Below are positions 28,932 through 38,149 of a DNA stretch of 64,000 nucleotides, one piece after another (the stretch's first letter is position 1; each line of letters starts with the position of its first letter). A program made the translations under genes and the position numbers. The DNA comes from an uncultured Pseudomonadota bacterium (GTDB lineage Bacteria; Pseudomonadota; Alphaproteobacteria; Rhizobiales; Xanthobacteraceae). The DNA lies in NCBI GenBank assembly GCA_963836095.1, contig CAWIHU010000009.1, positions 31,218 to 95,217 on the forward strand. The letters run 5' to 3'. Under the pieces are notes generated by a model. That model ran no database searches. It was given only the letters and a program-made list of their open reading frames with translations, and was not told the origin of the DNA.

Positions 28932-29007
28932 GTCATCGCCGGGCTTGACCCGGCGATCCATCTTGTCTGCCGATCAGATGGATGCGCGGGTCAAGCCCGC
29001 GCATGAC
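28932..29007. repeat. REP-like palindromic intergenic element, family 1 (GTCATCGCCGGGCTTGACCCGG...CCGGGTCAAGCCCGCGCATGAC)
   Basis: Two imperfect inverted arms of about 30 nt around a 16-nt spacer, between cobT and cobS. A near-identical element lies at 43997-44084. Confidence 0.85.
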
Positions 29008-29033
29008 GGCAACGTCTTCAACTCAACGCGTCC

Positions 29034-30035
29034 TCAGCTCAACGCCACATTCACCGCCGATTCCGGCAATTCCTGCCCGAAGCAGCGCTGATAGAATTCC
29101 GCCACCAGTGGCCGCTCCAGTTCGTCGCATTTGTTGACGAAGGTCAGCCGGAAGGCGAAGCCGATATCGTTGAAGATGTCGGCGTTCTCCGCCCAGGTGA
29201 TCACGGTGCGCGGGCTCATGACGGTCGAGATGTCGCCGTTCATGAAGGCGTTGCGGGTGAGGTCGGCGACCCGCACCATTTTGGAGACGATGTCGCGGCC
29301 CTCGGCGGTGCGGTAGTGCTTCGCCTTGGCGAGCACGATGTCGACCTCGTTGTCGTGCGGCAGATAGTTGAGCGTGGTGACGATCGACCAGCGGTCCATC
29401 TGGCCCTGGTTGATCTGCTGCGTGCCGTGATAGAGGCCGGAGGTATCGCCCAGGCCCACCGTGTTGGCGGTGGCGAACAGGCGGAACGCCGGGTGCGGCT
29501 TGATCACCTTGTTCTGGTCGAGCAGCGTCAGCCGGCCCGAGGATTCCAGCACGCGCTGGATGACGAACATCACGTCGGGGCGGCCGGCGTCGTATTCGTC
29601 GAAGCACAGCGCGATATTGTTCTGCAGCGCCCACGGCAGAATGCCGTCGCGGAATTCGGTCACCTGCATGCCTTCGCGGATCACGATCGCATCCTTGCCG
29701 ATCAGATCGACGCGGCTGATATGGCTGTCGAGGTTGACGCGCACGCACGGCCAGTTGAGCCGCGCCGCCACCTGCTCGATATGGGTCGATTTGCCGGTGC
29801 CGTGATAGCCGGTGACGATGACCCGGCGGTTCTTGGCGAAGCCGGCGAGGATGGCGAGCGTCGTCAGCTTGTCGAACCGGTAATCGGGGTCGGTGTCCGG
29901 CACGTGCTCGTCCGGCTCCGAGAAAGCCGGCACTTCCATGTCGCTGTCGATGCCGAACAGCTGGCGGATGGAAACTTTCATGTCCGGCAAGCCCGATTGG
30001 GTCGGTCCGGAACTGGTTTGCGCTGCGACCGTCAA
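29034..30035 (-). CDS. cobS: Aerobic cobaltochelatase subunit CobS (MoxR-type AAA+)
   Basis: TTG at 30035 sits 5 nt after GGAGG; the ORF stays open to 30086. ...[22 protein letters not shown]..., Walker [10 protein letters not shown] and Walker B CFDEYD. Confidence 0.9.
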   Translation of the reverse strand: MTVAAQTSSGPTQSGLPDMKVSIRQLFGIDSDMEVPAFSEPDEHVPDTDPDYRFDKLTTLAILAGFAKNRRVIVTGYHGTGKSTHIEQVAARLNWPCVRVNLDSHISRVDLIGKDAIVIREGMQVTEFRDGILPWALQNNIALCFDEYDAGRPDVMFVIQRVLESSGRLTLLDQNKVIKPHPAFRLFATANTVGLGDTSGLYHGTQQINQGQMDRWSIVTTLNYLPHDNEVDIVLAKAKHYRTAEGRDIVSKMVRVADLTRNAFMNGDISTVMSPRTVITWAENADIFNDIGFAFRLTFVNKCDELERPLVAEFYQRCFGQELPESAVNVALS

Positions 30036-30167
30036 TGATACCTCCGTGACCCCGGATCCGTCCGAGGCGTCCAACCGGCGCTTCAAGTCGGCGTCGCCGT
30101 TGGTCCTGCGCTCAAGGTAGCAGAATGGCTGGGGGCCGCGAAACCCTGCCAGACACTCTTGGAGCGA

Positions 30168-30800
30168 TCAGCAATGCCCCGCCGACTTCAGGTAATTGTA
30201 CGCCTGGATGATCTCGCGCAGCTGATCTTCGGAGCTGCGGTCGCCGCCGTTGGCGTCGGGATGATGACGTTTCACCAATAACTTGAACCTAGCCTTGATA
30301 TCGGCACGCTTGGCGTCGGCTTCAAGGCCGAGCACGTCGAGCGCGCGGCGCTGCGCGTTGAGGATGGTGCGGCGCTCGGGCGCAGGGCGCGTAGGGCCGG
30401 ACGAGGAGCGCCCCGTTTCGCCGAACAGCGAGAACGGGTCTTCGGCCGCCCACCCGGCGCCGCGGCCGCCCCCCGGACCGCGGCGGCTCTCGGGGCGCTT
30501 GGCGCCGATCGAGCCCATTTTCCACGTCGGACGGTGGCCGGTCAGGGCGTCCTTCTGGTACTTCGCGACCGCGTCGTCGCTCATCCCGGCGAAGAAATTG
30601 TACGAATTGTTGTATTCGCGCACGTGCTCCAGGCAGAAACGCCAATACTCGCCGGCGCGCAGCCGGCCTTTCGGCGCGCGGTGCGTCGCCGGCGTGGCGC
30701 AGTCCGGCCATTCGCAACCCGGAAGCTCGGCGTTACGCCGGCGATCCTGGTCGGGCTTGACCCTGATCCGATCGAACAGTGGGGAATTCGAACTCATCAT
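30168..30800 (-). CDS. J-domain (DnaJ-like) co-chaperone protein
   Basis: ATG at 30800 (MMSSNSPLFDRIRVKPD). Contains a Cys-rich segment CEWPDC...FCLEHV and a C-terminal J domain with HPD (FKLLVKRHHPDANGGD). Confidence 0.8.
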   Translation of the reverse strand: MMSSNSPLFDRIRVKPDQDRRRNAELPGCEWPDCATPATHRAPKGRLRAGEYWRFCLEHVREYNNSYNFFAGMSDDAVAKYQKDALTGHRPTWKMGSIGAKRPESRRGPGGGRGAGWAAEDPFSLFGETGRSSSGPTRPAPERRTILNAQRRALDVLGLEADAKRADIKARFKLLVKRHHPDANGGDRSSEDQLREIIQAYNYLKSAGHC

Positions 30801-30904
30801 CTGATTATGCGGTCGGGGTGGTGTCACCTTCAAGACTTGACAGGCTGCAAATCACCGCGCGGCGGCATTGACCGGCGCGCGCCGCACCAGCTAGGCATGC
30901 AGCC

Positions 30905-31177
30905 ATGGCGAGGACGGATATCATCACCGAAAAGTTGCGTAAGGCTTTCGCCCCGGCGAGCCTCCGCGTCGAGGACGAGTCGCACCGCCACGAAGGCCAT
31001 GCCGGCCACCGGCCCGGCGGCGAGACCCATTTCCGCCTCTATATCGTGTCGGAGGCCTTCCGCGGAAAGAGCCGCCTCGAGCGGCATCGCATGATCAACG
31101 CCGCGCTCGCGGGCGAACTCGCCGGCGACGTCCACGCGCTGGCGATTCACGCGGCGGCGCCGGGCGAGGGCGCATAG
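30905..31177 (+). CDS. BolA-family protein
   Basis: 90 aa. LRVEDESHRHEGHAGHRPGGETHFRLYIVSEAFRGKSRLERHRMINAAL matches the BolA pattern. Confidence 0.9.
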   Translation: MARTDIITEKLRKAFAPASLRVEDESHRHEGHAGHRPGGETHFRLYIVSEAFRGKSRLERHRMINAALAGELAGDVHALAIHAAAPGEGA

Positions 31178-31183
31178 CGTCGT

Positions 31184-31732
31184 TCACGTCTTCTTCTCCG
31201 GTGACGCTTCGTCGGCTTCCGCCAACAGCCCCATCAGATCGAGCCGGTGCGTATACATGGACAATCGGCCGTCGGCCGTGCGCGGCCACGCCTCGCGCGG
31301 GCGGTCCCAATAAAGCTCGACGCCGTTGTCGTCGGGATCGCGCAGGTACAAAGCTTCGCTGACGCCGTGGTCGGACGCGCCTTCGAGCGGGATTTTTGCG
31401 GCGATCAGCCGGCGTAGCGCGTCGGCGAGTTTTGCGCGGGTCGGGTAGAGAATGGCGAGATGATAGAGGCCGGTGGTGCCGGAGGGCGGCGGCGGACCGC
31501 CGCGGCTTTCCCAGGTGTTGAGGCCGATGTGGTGATGATAGCCGCCGGCCGAGATGAAAGCCGCCTGGTCGCCCAACCGCTGCATCAATTGAAAGCCGAG
31601 CACGCCGCAATAGAAGGCGAGCGCGCGGTCGAGATCGGCGACCTTGAGATGGATATGGCCGATGCGCACGCCCGGGTCGATCGGCGCGGCGAACGCTTCC
31701 TGATGCGGGACTTCGTTTGTTTGCGCGGTCAT
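31184..31732 (-). CDS. VOC-family (glyoxalase/extradiol dioxygenase-like) protein
   Basis: 182 aa. IGHIHLKVADLDRALAFYCGVLGF...GYHHHIGLNTW...LYHLAILYP matches a vicinal-oxygen-chelate fold. Confidence 0.85.
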   Translation of the reverse strand: MTAQTNEVPHQEAFAAPIDPGVRIGHIHLKVADLDRALAFYCGVLGFQLMQRLGDQAAFISAGGYHHHIGLNTWESRGGPPPPSGTTGLYHLAILYPTRAKLADALRRLIAAKIPLEGASDHGVSEALYLRDPDDNGVELYWDRPREAWPRTADGRLSMYTHRLDLMGLLAEADEASPEKKT

Positions 31733-31745
31733 AGCACTTTGCTTG

Positions 31746-33041
31746 TCAGCTCGCTTTCGCCGCCGGCACCGCCTTGCGGGTCAGCGGCGTCACCCGCAAT
31801 GCGGTAATGCGGTTGCGGGTCTTGCGCAGGACCTGAAAGCGGAAGCCGTGGAAGGTGAAGCTCTGTCCGGGCTCCGGGATCGAACGGGCCTCGTGGATGA
31901 CGACGCCGGCGATCGTCGTCGCCTCGTCGTCGGGGATGTTCCAGTCCATCGCCCGGTTCAGATCGCGGATCGGCACGGCGCCGTCGACATTGACTGAGCC
32001 GTCGGGCAAAGCGCGGACGCCGGGGACCGCAACGTCGTGCTCGTCGGTGATGTCGCCGACGATCTCCTCGACGATGTCTTCCAGCGTCACCAGCCCTTCC
32101 AGCTCGCCATATTCGTCGACCACCAAGGCGAGCGCGGTCTTGCGGGCGCGGAACGCGGCGAGCTGTTCGTAGAGCGGCGTCGTATCCGGCACGAACCAGG
32201 GCGGCGTCGCCAGCGACACCACGTCGATCTTGCTGGCGTTGCCGCCCGCCGCATGCAAAGCGCGCAACAGATCCTTGGCGTGCAGCACGCCGAGAATGTT
32301 GTCCGGCGAATCGCGCCACAGCGGCAGCCGCGTCACCGTGGCGGCGAGCGCGGCATCGACGATATCCTGCGGCGGTTCGTCGACGTTGAGCATCACCATC
32401 TTGGTGCGGTGGACCATGACGTCGGAGACGACCAACTCGCGCAGATCGAGCAGACCGCCCATCATGTCGCGGTCGGCCTTTTCCACGACGCCGGCGCGGT
32501 GCATGAGGTCGACCGTGCCGCGCAGTTCCTCGCGCGGCGACAGGATCGACTGGATCCTGCCGACCGGCAGGCCGAAGCCGCGCAGGATGACCCGCACCAG
32601 GAATTCGACCGCCTGCAGCACCGGCGAGAACACGCGCACCGTCATGGCAACCGGCCGCGCCACCGCGAGCGCCATGCGGTCGGGGATGTTGAACGCGGCG
32701 GTCTTCGGCAGCACCTCGGCGATGACGAAGATGAGGATGGTCATCACCAGCGTGGCATAGAGTTCGCCGGCCTGGCCGAAGAAATCGAGCAGCAGGCCCG
32801 TCATCAAGGTCGCGGCGGCGATGTTGGTCAGGTTGTTGGCGAACAGAACCGCGCCGAGCAGCCGCTCGCGGGTGGCGAGGAGCCGGTTGACGATGGTGGC
32901 GTCCCGGTTGCCCTGCTTCTCCAGCCGCAACATGGCGGCGCGCGAGGAAGCGGTCAGCGCCGTTTCGCTCGCCGAGTAGAAGGCGGAGATCAAGAGCAGG
33001 ATCACGACCGCCGCGACGGTCGCCCACGCGATAATCGTCAT
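31746..33041 (-). CDS. HlyC/CorC-family transporter (DUF21/CNNM - CBS pair - CorC_HlyC)
   Basis: ATG at 33041 overlaps the aroB stop (ATGA). The protein begins MTIIAWATVAAVVILLLISAFYSASETAL. It also has a CBS region and a C-terminal FTFHGFRFQVL motif. Confidence 0.9.
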   Translation of the reverse strand: MTIIAWATVAAVVILLLISAFYSASETALTASSRAAMLRLEKQGNRDATIVNRLLATRERLLGAVLFANNLTNIAAATLMTGLLLDFFGQAGELYATLVMTILIFVIAEVLPKTAAFNIPDRMALAVARPVAMTVRVFSPVLQAVEFLVRVILRGFGLPVGRIQSILSPREELRGTVDLMHRAGVVEKADRDMMGGLLDLRELVVSDVMVHRTKMVMLNVDEPPQDIVDAALAATVTRLPLWRDSPDNILGVLHAKDLLRALHAAGGNASKIDVVSLATPPWFVPDTTPLYEQLAAFRARKTALALVVDEYGELEGLVTLEDIVEEIVGDITDEHDVAVPGVRALPDGSVNVDGAVPIRDLNRAMDWNIPDDEATTIAGVVIHEARSIPEPGQSFTFHGFRFQVLRKTRNRITALRVTPLTRKAVPAAKAS

Positions 33042-34183
33042 CGCTCCGAAAGCTTCTCGCTCAGGAATGCGTACACCTCGCGCTCGTCGACTCCGCCTTC
33101 GACGAAGGCGGCGCCGATGCCGCGCACGAGGATGAATGTAAGCACGCCGCGTTTCACTTTCTTGTCTTGCGCCATCAATTCCATCAGGCGGTCGACCGAA
33201 GGCAGCCCGCCGGGAATGTCGCGCGGCCGGGTCGGCAGCCCGACCTCGGCCAGATGGCGAATGGCGCGCTCGGCCTCGGCCGCCGGCATCAGCCCGCGGC
33301 GCGCCGAGAAGGCCAGCGCCAGCGCCATGCCGGCCGCGACCGCTTCGCCGTGCAGCAGGCGGTCGGAAAAGCCGCACGCCGCTTCCAGCGCATGGCCGAA
33401 GGTGTGGCCGAAATTCAACAGCGCGCGGTCGCCGGTTTCGCGTTCGTCACGCGCCACGATCGCCGCCTTGGCGCGGCAGCTCACGACGATGGCGTGCTCG
33501 CGGGCCAAACTTCCCGACGATTTGTTGCCGGCGAAAACCTCGCGCCAGTTCGCCTCCAGCCAGGAGAAAAAGCCGGCATCGCCGATCAGCCCGTATTTGA
33601 CGACCTCGGCGTAACCGGCGCGGAACTGGCGCTCCGGCAAGGTATCGAGCGCGGCGGTGTCGGCGATGACCAGGATCGGCTGATGGAAGGTGCCGATGAG
33701 GTTCTTGCCGTGGGCCGAGTTGATCGCGGTCTTGCCGCCGACCGAGGAATCGACTTGGGCCAGCAGCGTGGTCGGCACCTGCACGTAATCGAGGCCGCGC
33801 CGCACCACCGATGCGGCGAAGCCGGCGAGGTCGCCGATGACGCCGCCGCCCAGCGCGATGACGAGGTCGCCACGCTCGATGCGCGCCGCGATGACGGCCT
33901 CGCACACCTGTTCGAAAACGCGAAAGCTCTTCGAGCCTTCGCCGACCGGAACAGTGACGCGGGTCGCGGCGACGCCGGCGCCGGCGAGTGCGGCCTCGGC
34001 CGCGGCGAGGTGGTAACCGGCGACATTCTCGTCGGTGACGATCGCCGCCTTCGCGCCCGGCCGCAGCGCGGCGACCCGCGCGCCCAGGGTGGCGATGAGG
34101 TCGCGACCGATGACAATGTCGTAGCTGCGGGCGCCGAGCGCGACCTTGACGGTCGAGGATTCGGCGCGAAGGGGGACGGTCAT
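33038..34183 (-). CDS. aroB: 3-dehydroquinate synthase
   Basis: 381 aa. GGGVIGDLAGFAA, VQVPTTLLAQVDSSVGGKT and GHTFGHALE motifs. Confidence 0.95.
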   Translation of the reverse strand: MTVPLRAESSTVKVALGARSYDIVIGRDLIATLGARVAALRPGAKAAIVTDENVAGYHLAAAEAALAGAGVAATRVTVPVGEGSKSFRVFEQVCEAVIAARIERGDLVIALGGGVIGDLAGFAASVVRRGLDYVQVPTTLLAQVDSSVGGKTAINSAHGKNLIGTFHQPILVIADTAALDTLPERQFRAGYAEVVKYGLIGDAGFFSWLEANWREVFAGNKSSGSLAREHAIVVSCRAKAAIVARDERETGDRALLNFGHTFGHALEAACGFSDRLLHGEAVAAGMALALAFSARRGLMPAAEAERAIRHLAEVGLPTRPRDIPGGLPSVDRLMELMAQDKKVKRGVLTFILVRGIGAAFVEGGVDEREVYAFLSEKLSER

Positions 34184-34845
34184 TGGCCTACCTTTCTTTC
34201 GGTCGCCTGTTCTGGGGTCACCTCTCCTTGACCTGCCTGTCCGGCCGGCGTGGCGGCGGGCGGCAGGAACGAGGCGAGCGCCGTCACGACGTTGGCCACG
34301 ATGGCATCGTGCGCCACGTCGCGCGATTGCACGGTGATGTCGGCCTGCGCGTAGACCGGCTCGCGTTGCGCCAGCAAGCCGCGGATGGTTTCGGCGGGGT
34401 CGGCGGTCTGCAGCAGCGGCCGCTCGCTGCGGCGCTTGCCGAGCCGGCGCAGCAATACGTCGAGGTCGGCCGCAAGCCAGACGGATACGCCCTTCGCGGC
34501 GACCGCCGCGCGGGTGTCCGGATTCATGAAGGCGCCGCCGCCGGTCGCCAGCACTTGCGGTCCCGCTTCGAGCAGCCGGGCGATGACGCGGGCCTCGCCG
34601 CTGCGGAAGCTCGGCTCGCCATGGCGGGCGAAAATGTCGGCAATGCTCATGCCGGCGGCCTTTTCGATTTCCATGTCGGCGTCGACAAACGGTATGCCGA
34701 GACGGGCGGCGAGCCGGCGGCCGACCGATGATTTCCCAGCGCCCATCATCCCGACCAGGACGATCGAGCGGTGTCCCAGTCTTGGCAGCACCGCGGACGC
34801 CGCAGCCGCCAAATTGGTGTCGTTTTGTAATGCAATATCAGTCAT
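34180..34845 (-). CDS. aroK: Shikimate kinase
   Basis: P-loop VLVGMMGAGKSSVGRRLA, followed by DADMEIE and TGGGAF motifs. The stop overlaps the aroB start (ATGA). Confidence 0.9.
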   Translation of the reverse strand: MTDIALQNDTNLAAAASAVLPRLGHRSIVLVGMMGAGKSSVGRRLAARLGIPFVDADMEIEKAAGMSIADIFARHGEPSFRSGEARVIARLLEAGPQVLATGGGAFMNPDTRAAVAAKGVSVWLAADLDVLLRRLGKRRSERPLLQTADPAETIRGLLAQREPVYAQADITVQSRDVAHDAIVANVVTALASFLPPAATPAGQAGQGEVTPEQATERKVGQ

Positions 34846-35022
34846 ATATCATTTCGGTCCGGACCCACAGCCCAGCAATCTTGTTGTCGCCAGGGATGAC
34901 GCCCCAATGACCTCGCTGATGACTTCGCCAACGACGCGAGCGATGGCTCGTCCGGCGGCGCTAGACCCGATGCTACCCGGTCCGCCTCGCCGGCACCAAC
35001 CGGCAAGCGCGGGCGCCTGATC

Positions 35023-35172
35023 ATGCCGAGCCTGTTGCGGTTCCTGACCGTGGTCGCCTTGCTCGGCGCGGCCGTCTATGGCGGTCTATATTCGCTCGCG
35101 CATTTCGTGCAACCGAAACCGCGCGAGATCACCGTGGCGATCCCGCCGGACAAGTTCTTCAAGAACCGCTGA
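35023..35172 (+). CDS. Small (49 aa) single-TM protein, not in the supplied ORF track
   Basis: The ORF from ATG 35023 to TGA 35170-35172 encodes MPSLLRFLTVVALLGAAVYGGLYSLAHFVQPKPREITVAIPPDKFFKNR. Third codon positions are strongly G/C. It ends 14 nt before xerD. Confidence 0.5.
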   Translation: MPSLLRFLTVVALLGAAVYGGLYSLAHFVQPKPREITVAIPPDKFFKNR

Positions 35173-35185
35173 GGCGGCGGCAGAA

Positions 35186-36190
35186 ATGGCTCGCAAGCCG
35201 GCGCGCCGGACGGTTGGTGAAGCGGCTCGGCCGGCGCGCGGGGCGGCGACGTCCGGCGAGCGCCGGGTGGCGCTGTTTCTCGATATGCTGGCGGCCGAGC
35301 GGGGGGCGGAAGCCAACACGCTCACCGCTTACCGGCGCGATCTCGCCGACTTTACCGCGTACCTCGCCGGCTCCGGCGGGTCGGTCGCCGCCGCGACGAC
35401 CGACGATCTGCGTGCCTATCTCGGCAACCTGGCCGACCGCGGATTGGGTCCGGCGACGGTCGCCCGGCGGCTGTCGGCGATGCGGCAGCTCTATCGCTTT
35501 CTCTATGCCGAGGGGCAGCGCAAGGATGATCCGGCCGCGGTGCTGGAAGGTCCGAAGCGCGCCCGCCCCCTGCCCAAGACACTGACGATCGGCGAAGTCG
35601 ATCGTCTGCTGCGTGTCGCCGGCGAGATCGACGCGTCGGCGCCGTTGGCGGTGCGGCTGCGCGCGGCGCGGCTCGCCTGCCTGGTCGAGCTCATCTACGC
35701 CACCGGCCTGCGCGTCTCGGAGCTGGTGGCGCTGCCCGCCGCGGCGGCGCGGCGCGACGCCCGCGTCATCGTCGTGCGCGGCAAGGGCAACAAGGAGCGC
35801 CTCGTGCCGCTCAACGACGCCGCCAAGCGCGCCATGGCGGCTTATCTCGCGCTGGCGGCGGAAGCGGGCCAGAGCGCCCCCAAGAGGGGGTGGCTGTTTC
35901 CTTCCTTCGGCGGCAGCGGCCATCTCACCCGGCAACATTTCGGTCGCGAGCTGAAGGCGCTCGGCGCCGCCGCCGGCCTGCGCGCGGCGCAATTGAGCCC
36001 CCACGTACTGCGCCACGCCTTCGCCAGCCATCTCCTGCACAACGGCGCCGATCTGCGCGTCGTGCAGACGCTGCTCGGCCATGCCGATATTTCCACCACG
36101 CAGATCTATACCCACGTGCTGGAGGAGCGGTTGAAGAGCCTGGTGCGCGATCTGCACCCTTTGGGGGAAGCCGGAGACGGTCGCGGGTGA
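35186..36190 (+). CDS. xerD: Site-specific tyrosine recombinase XerD
   Basis: ATG at 35186. Core-binding domain (FLDMLAAERGAEANTLTAYRRDL) and catalytic domain with ARLACLVELIYATGLRVSELV, HVLRHAFASHLL and GHADISTTQIYTHV. Confidence 0.9.
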   Translation: MARKPARRTVGEAARPARGAATSGERRVALFLDMLAAERGAEANTLTAYRRDLADFTAYLAGSGGSVAAATTDDLRAYLGNLADRGLGPATVARRLSAMRQLYRFLYAEGQRKDDPAAVLEGPKRARPLPKTLTIGEVDRLLRVAGEIDASAPLAVRLRAARLACLVELIYATGLRVSELVALPAAAARRDARVIVVRGKGNKERLVPLNDAAKRAMAAYLALAAEAGQSAPKRGWLFPSFGGSGHLTRQHFGRELKALGAAAGLRAAQLSPHVLRHAFASHLLHNGADLRVVQTLLGHADISTTQIYTHVLEERLKSLVRDLHPLGEAGDGRG

Positions 36191-36224
36191 TGCAATTGAG
36201 CGCCGATTTTGCTAATCTCGTCGC

Positions 36225-36521
36225 ATGGACAAGCAGGATGTCATCGCCGTTTTGCAGAAGAACGCCGACGCGTTGCGCGCGCGCGGCATTCGTCATGCCG
36301 CCTTATTTGGCTCGGTCGCGCGCGGCGAAGCCCGGCCCGATAGCGATATCGACATCATGATCGAGTTGGCTCCCGATGCTTCACTCGACATTTTCGCCTA
36401 TGTCGAACTGAAGGATTTTGTTGCCGGACTATTTTCGGGGCCGGTGGACGTTGTGAACAAAGACGCGCTCAAACCATACGTTCAGCCGCTTGCAACGGCC
36501 AATTCGATCTATGCCTTCTGA
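36225..36521 (+). CDS. mntA: Nucleotidyltransferase-domain antitoxin (MntA-type) of a HEPN/MNT toxin-antitoxin pair
   Basis: 98 aa. LFGSVARGEARPDSDIDIMIEL is the GSxxRG...DxD minimal nucleotidyltransferase motif. Lower GC than the flanks. Confidence 0.85.
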   Translation: MDKQDVIAVLQKNADALRARGIRHAALFGSVARGEARPDSDIDIMIELAPDASLDIFAYVELKDFVAGLFSGPVDVVNKDALKPYVQPLATANSIYAF

Positions 36522-36861
36522 ACCCGTCATCGGTCCGTTGACTGATATCCGCTACAACATTGCTCTGGCGTTTTCATTCGTTGGCCAGTTGAGTGTTGAT
36601 CAATTCCTGGCAGATCGCCGCACCGTCTATGCGGTTACGCGGTGTCTTGAAATCATTTCCGAGGCCTCGCGGAGGCTGCCACCTGACTTGAAATCGCGAC
36701 ATCCACATATTCGGTGGAAAGGTATGGCCGGAGCCGGAAACCTCTACCGCCATGAATATGAACGGGTGCTCGACAGGGCGATTTGGGACACGGTTCATGA
36801 AAGCCTCGAACCGTTGCTCGCCGTGGTCGAGGAAGAACTCCGCCGGCTGGAAGGCGGATAA
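36511..36861 (+). CDS. hepT: HEPN-domain (DUF86) toxin HepT
   Basis: ATG at 36511 overlaps the mntA stop by 11 nt. MPSEPVIGPLTDI...IRWKGMAGAGNLYRHEYERV carries the R-x4-6-H HEPN motif (RHEYERV context). Confidence 0.85.
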   Translation: MPSEPVIGPLTDIRYNIALAFSFVGQLSVDQFLADRRTVYAVTRCLEIISEASRRLPPDLKSRHPHIRWKGMAGAGNLYRHEYERVLDRAIWDTVHESLEPLLAVVEEELRRLEGG

Positions 36862-36947
36862 GTCCGCGTTTTCCCGTATTCGTGACCGGCTTGCTTGACT
36901 TCCGCGCTCCCGACGCGTTAGCGGCGTGCGACGCCCGCCGCGGTCTG

Positions 36948-36985
36948 CCCAACCCCCTGACCGATACCCAACCCCCTGACCCATA
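36948..36985 (+). repeat. 19-bp tandem duplication immediately upstream of accA
   Basis: cccaaccccctgaccgata / cccaaccccctgacccata. It ends 15 nt before the accA ATG. Confidence 0.85.
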
Positions 36986-36999
36986 CCTATGTCTGCGTG

Positions 37000-37957
37000 A
37001 TGCGCTCATACCTCGACTTTGAAAAGCCCGTGGCCGAGCTCGAGGCCAAGATCGAGGAATTGCGCGCGCTCGAGGCCGGCGGCGATGCCGTCGCCATCGG
37101 CGAAGAGATCGGCCGCATCGAGGTCAAGGCGGCGCAGGCGCTCAAGACCCTCTATGCCGAGCTGACGCCCTGGCAGAAGACGCAAGTGGCGCGGCATCCG
37201 CAGCGGCCGCATTGCGTCGATTATGTCGCCCAGTTGATCGAGGATTTCGTGCCGCTCGCCGGCGACCGCAAGTTCGGCGAAGACGCAGCCATCGTCGGCG
37301 GCTTCGGCCGGTTCCGCGGCGAGAGCGTGTGCGTCATCGGCCACGAGAAGGGCGCCGACACCGACAGCCGCCTGAGGCACAATTTCGGCATGGCGCGGCC
37401 GGAGGGCTACCGCAAGGCGGTGCGGCTTATGGACATGGCCGATCACTTCGAAATTCCCGTCATCGCGCTCGTCGATACCGCCGGCGCCTATCCCGGCATC
37501 GGCGCCGAGGAGCGCGGACAGGCCGAAGCCATCGCCCGCTCGACCGAAGCCTGCCTGCGCATCGGCGTGCCCAACGTCGCCGCCATCATCGGCGAGGGCG
37601 GTATCCGGCGGCGCGATCGCGGTCGCGACCGCCAACCGCGTCATCATGCTCGAGCATGCGATCTACAGCGTGATCTCGCCCGAAGGCGCCGCCTCGATCC
37701 TGTGGCGCGATACCGCCAAGGCGAGCGAGGCGGCGACGAACATGAAGATCACGGCGCAGGATCTCCTGAAGTTCGGCGTCGTCGATACCGTCGTGCCCGA
37801 ACCGATGGGCGGCGCCCATCGCGATCCGGCCGCGGCCATCGCGGCGGCCGGTGAAGCGATCGCCAATGCGCTCGCGGACCTGCAGGGCCTCGACGCCGCG
37901 ACCGTGGTGCGGCTGCGTCGGGAGAAATTCATGGCCATTGGGCGGACGTTCGGCTGA
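37000..37957 (+). pseudogene. accA: Acetyl-CoA carboxylase carboxyltransferase alpha subunit, split by one +1 frameshift as sequenced
   Basis: [22 protein letters not shown]... runs in frame to ...AAIIGEGG. The sequence GGT-A-TCCGGCGGCGCG then shifts frame, with an extra base at about 37603. The continuation [36 protein letters not shown]... is ORF 37646..37957. Confidence 0.9.
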
Positions 37958-38149
37958 TTGGCGCCGAGCGTGCGACGGTCAATAAGCCGTTGCATTCACG
38001 TGTAAAATTCTACGAAAGTTTACCATTCGTTCAGTTCCGCCGTGGTCAACCGGTCTGCCGAATTTGTTGCCTTGCGAAAGCCATGTCTTGCCGCTAACGA
38101 TTGGAGCGGCGATGGCACGGGGATTTTTCATTCGTCGGGGAGTATCGCT

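Noticed and set aside
30036-30167. Possible cobalamin riboswitch upstream of cobS
   Set aside because: The spacer is only about 130 nt, and I could not find a B12-box-like core (GCCACTG-type) or the expected multi-stem architecture.
35186-36190. Tyrosine recombinase next to a toxin-antitoxin cassette, considered as the integrase of a mobile element
   Set aside because: The full-length sequence pattern and the conserved aroK-aroB...xerD context indicate the chromosomal dimer-resolution recombinase XerD. No att-like direct repeats or other mobile-element genes are visible.
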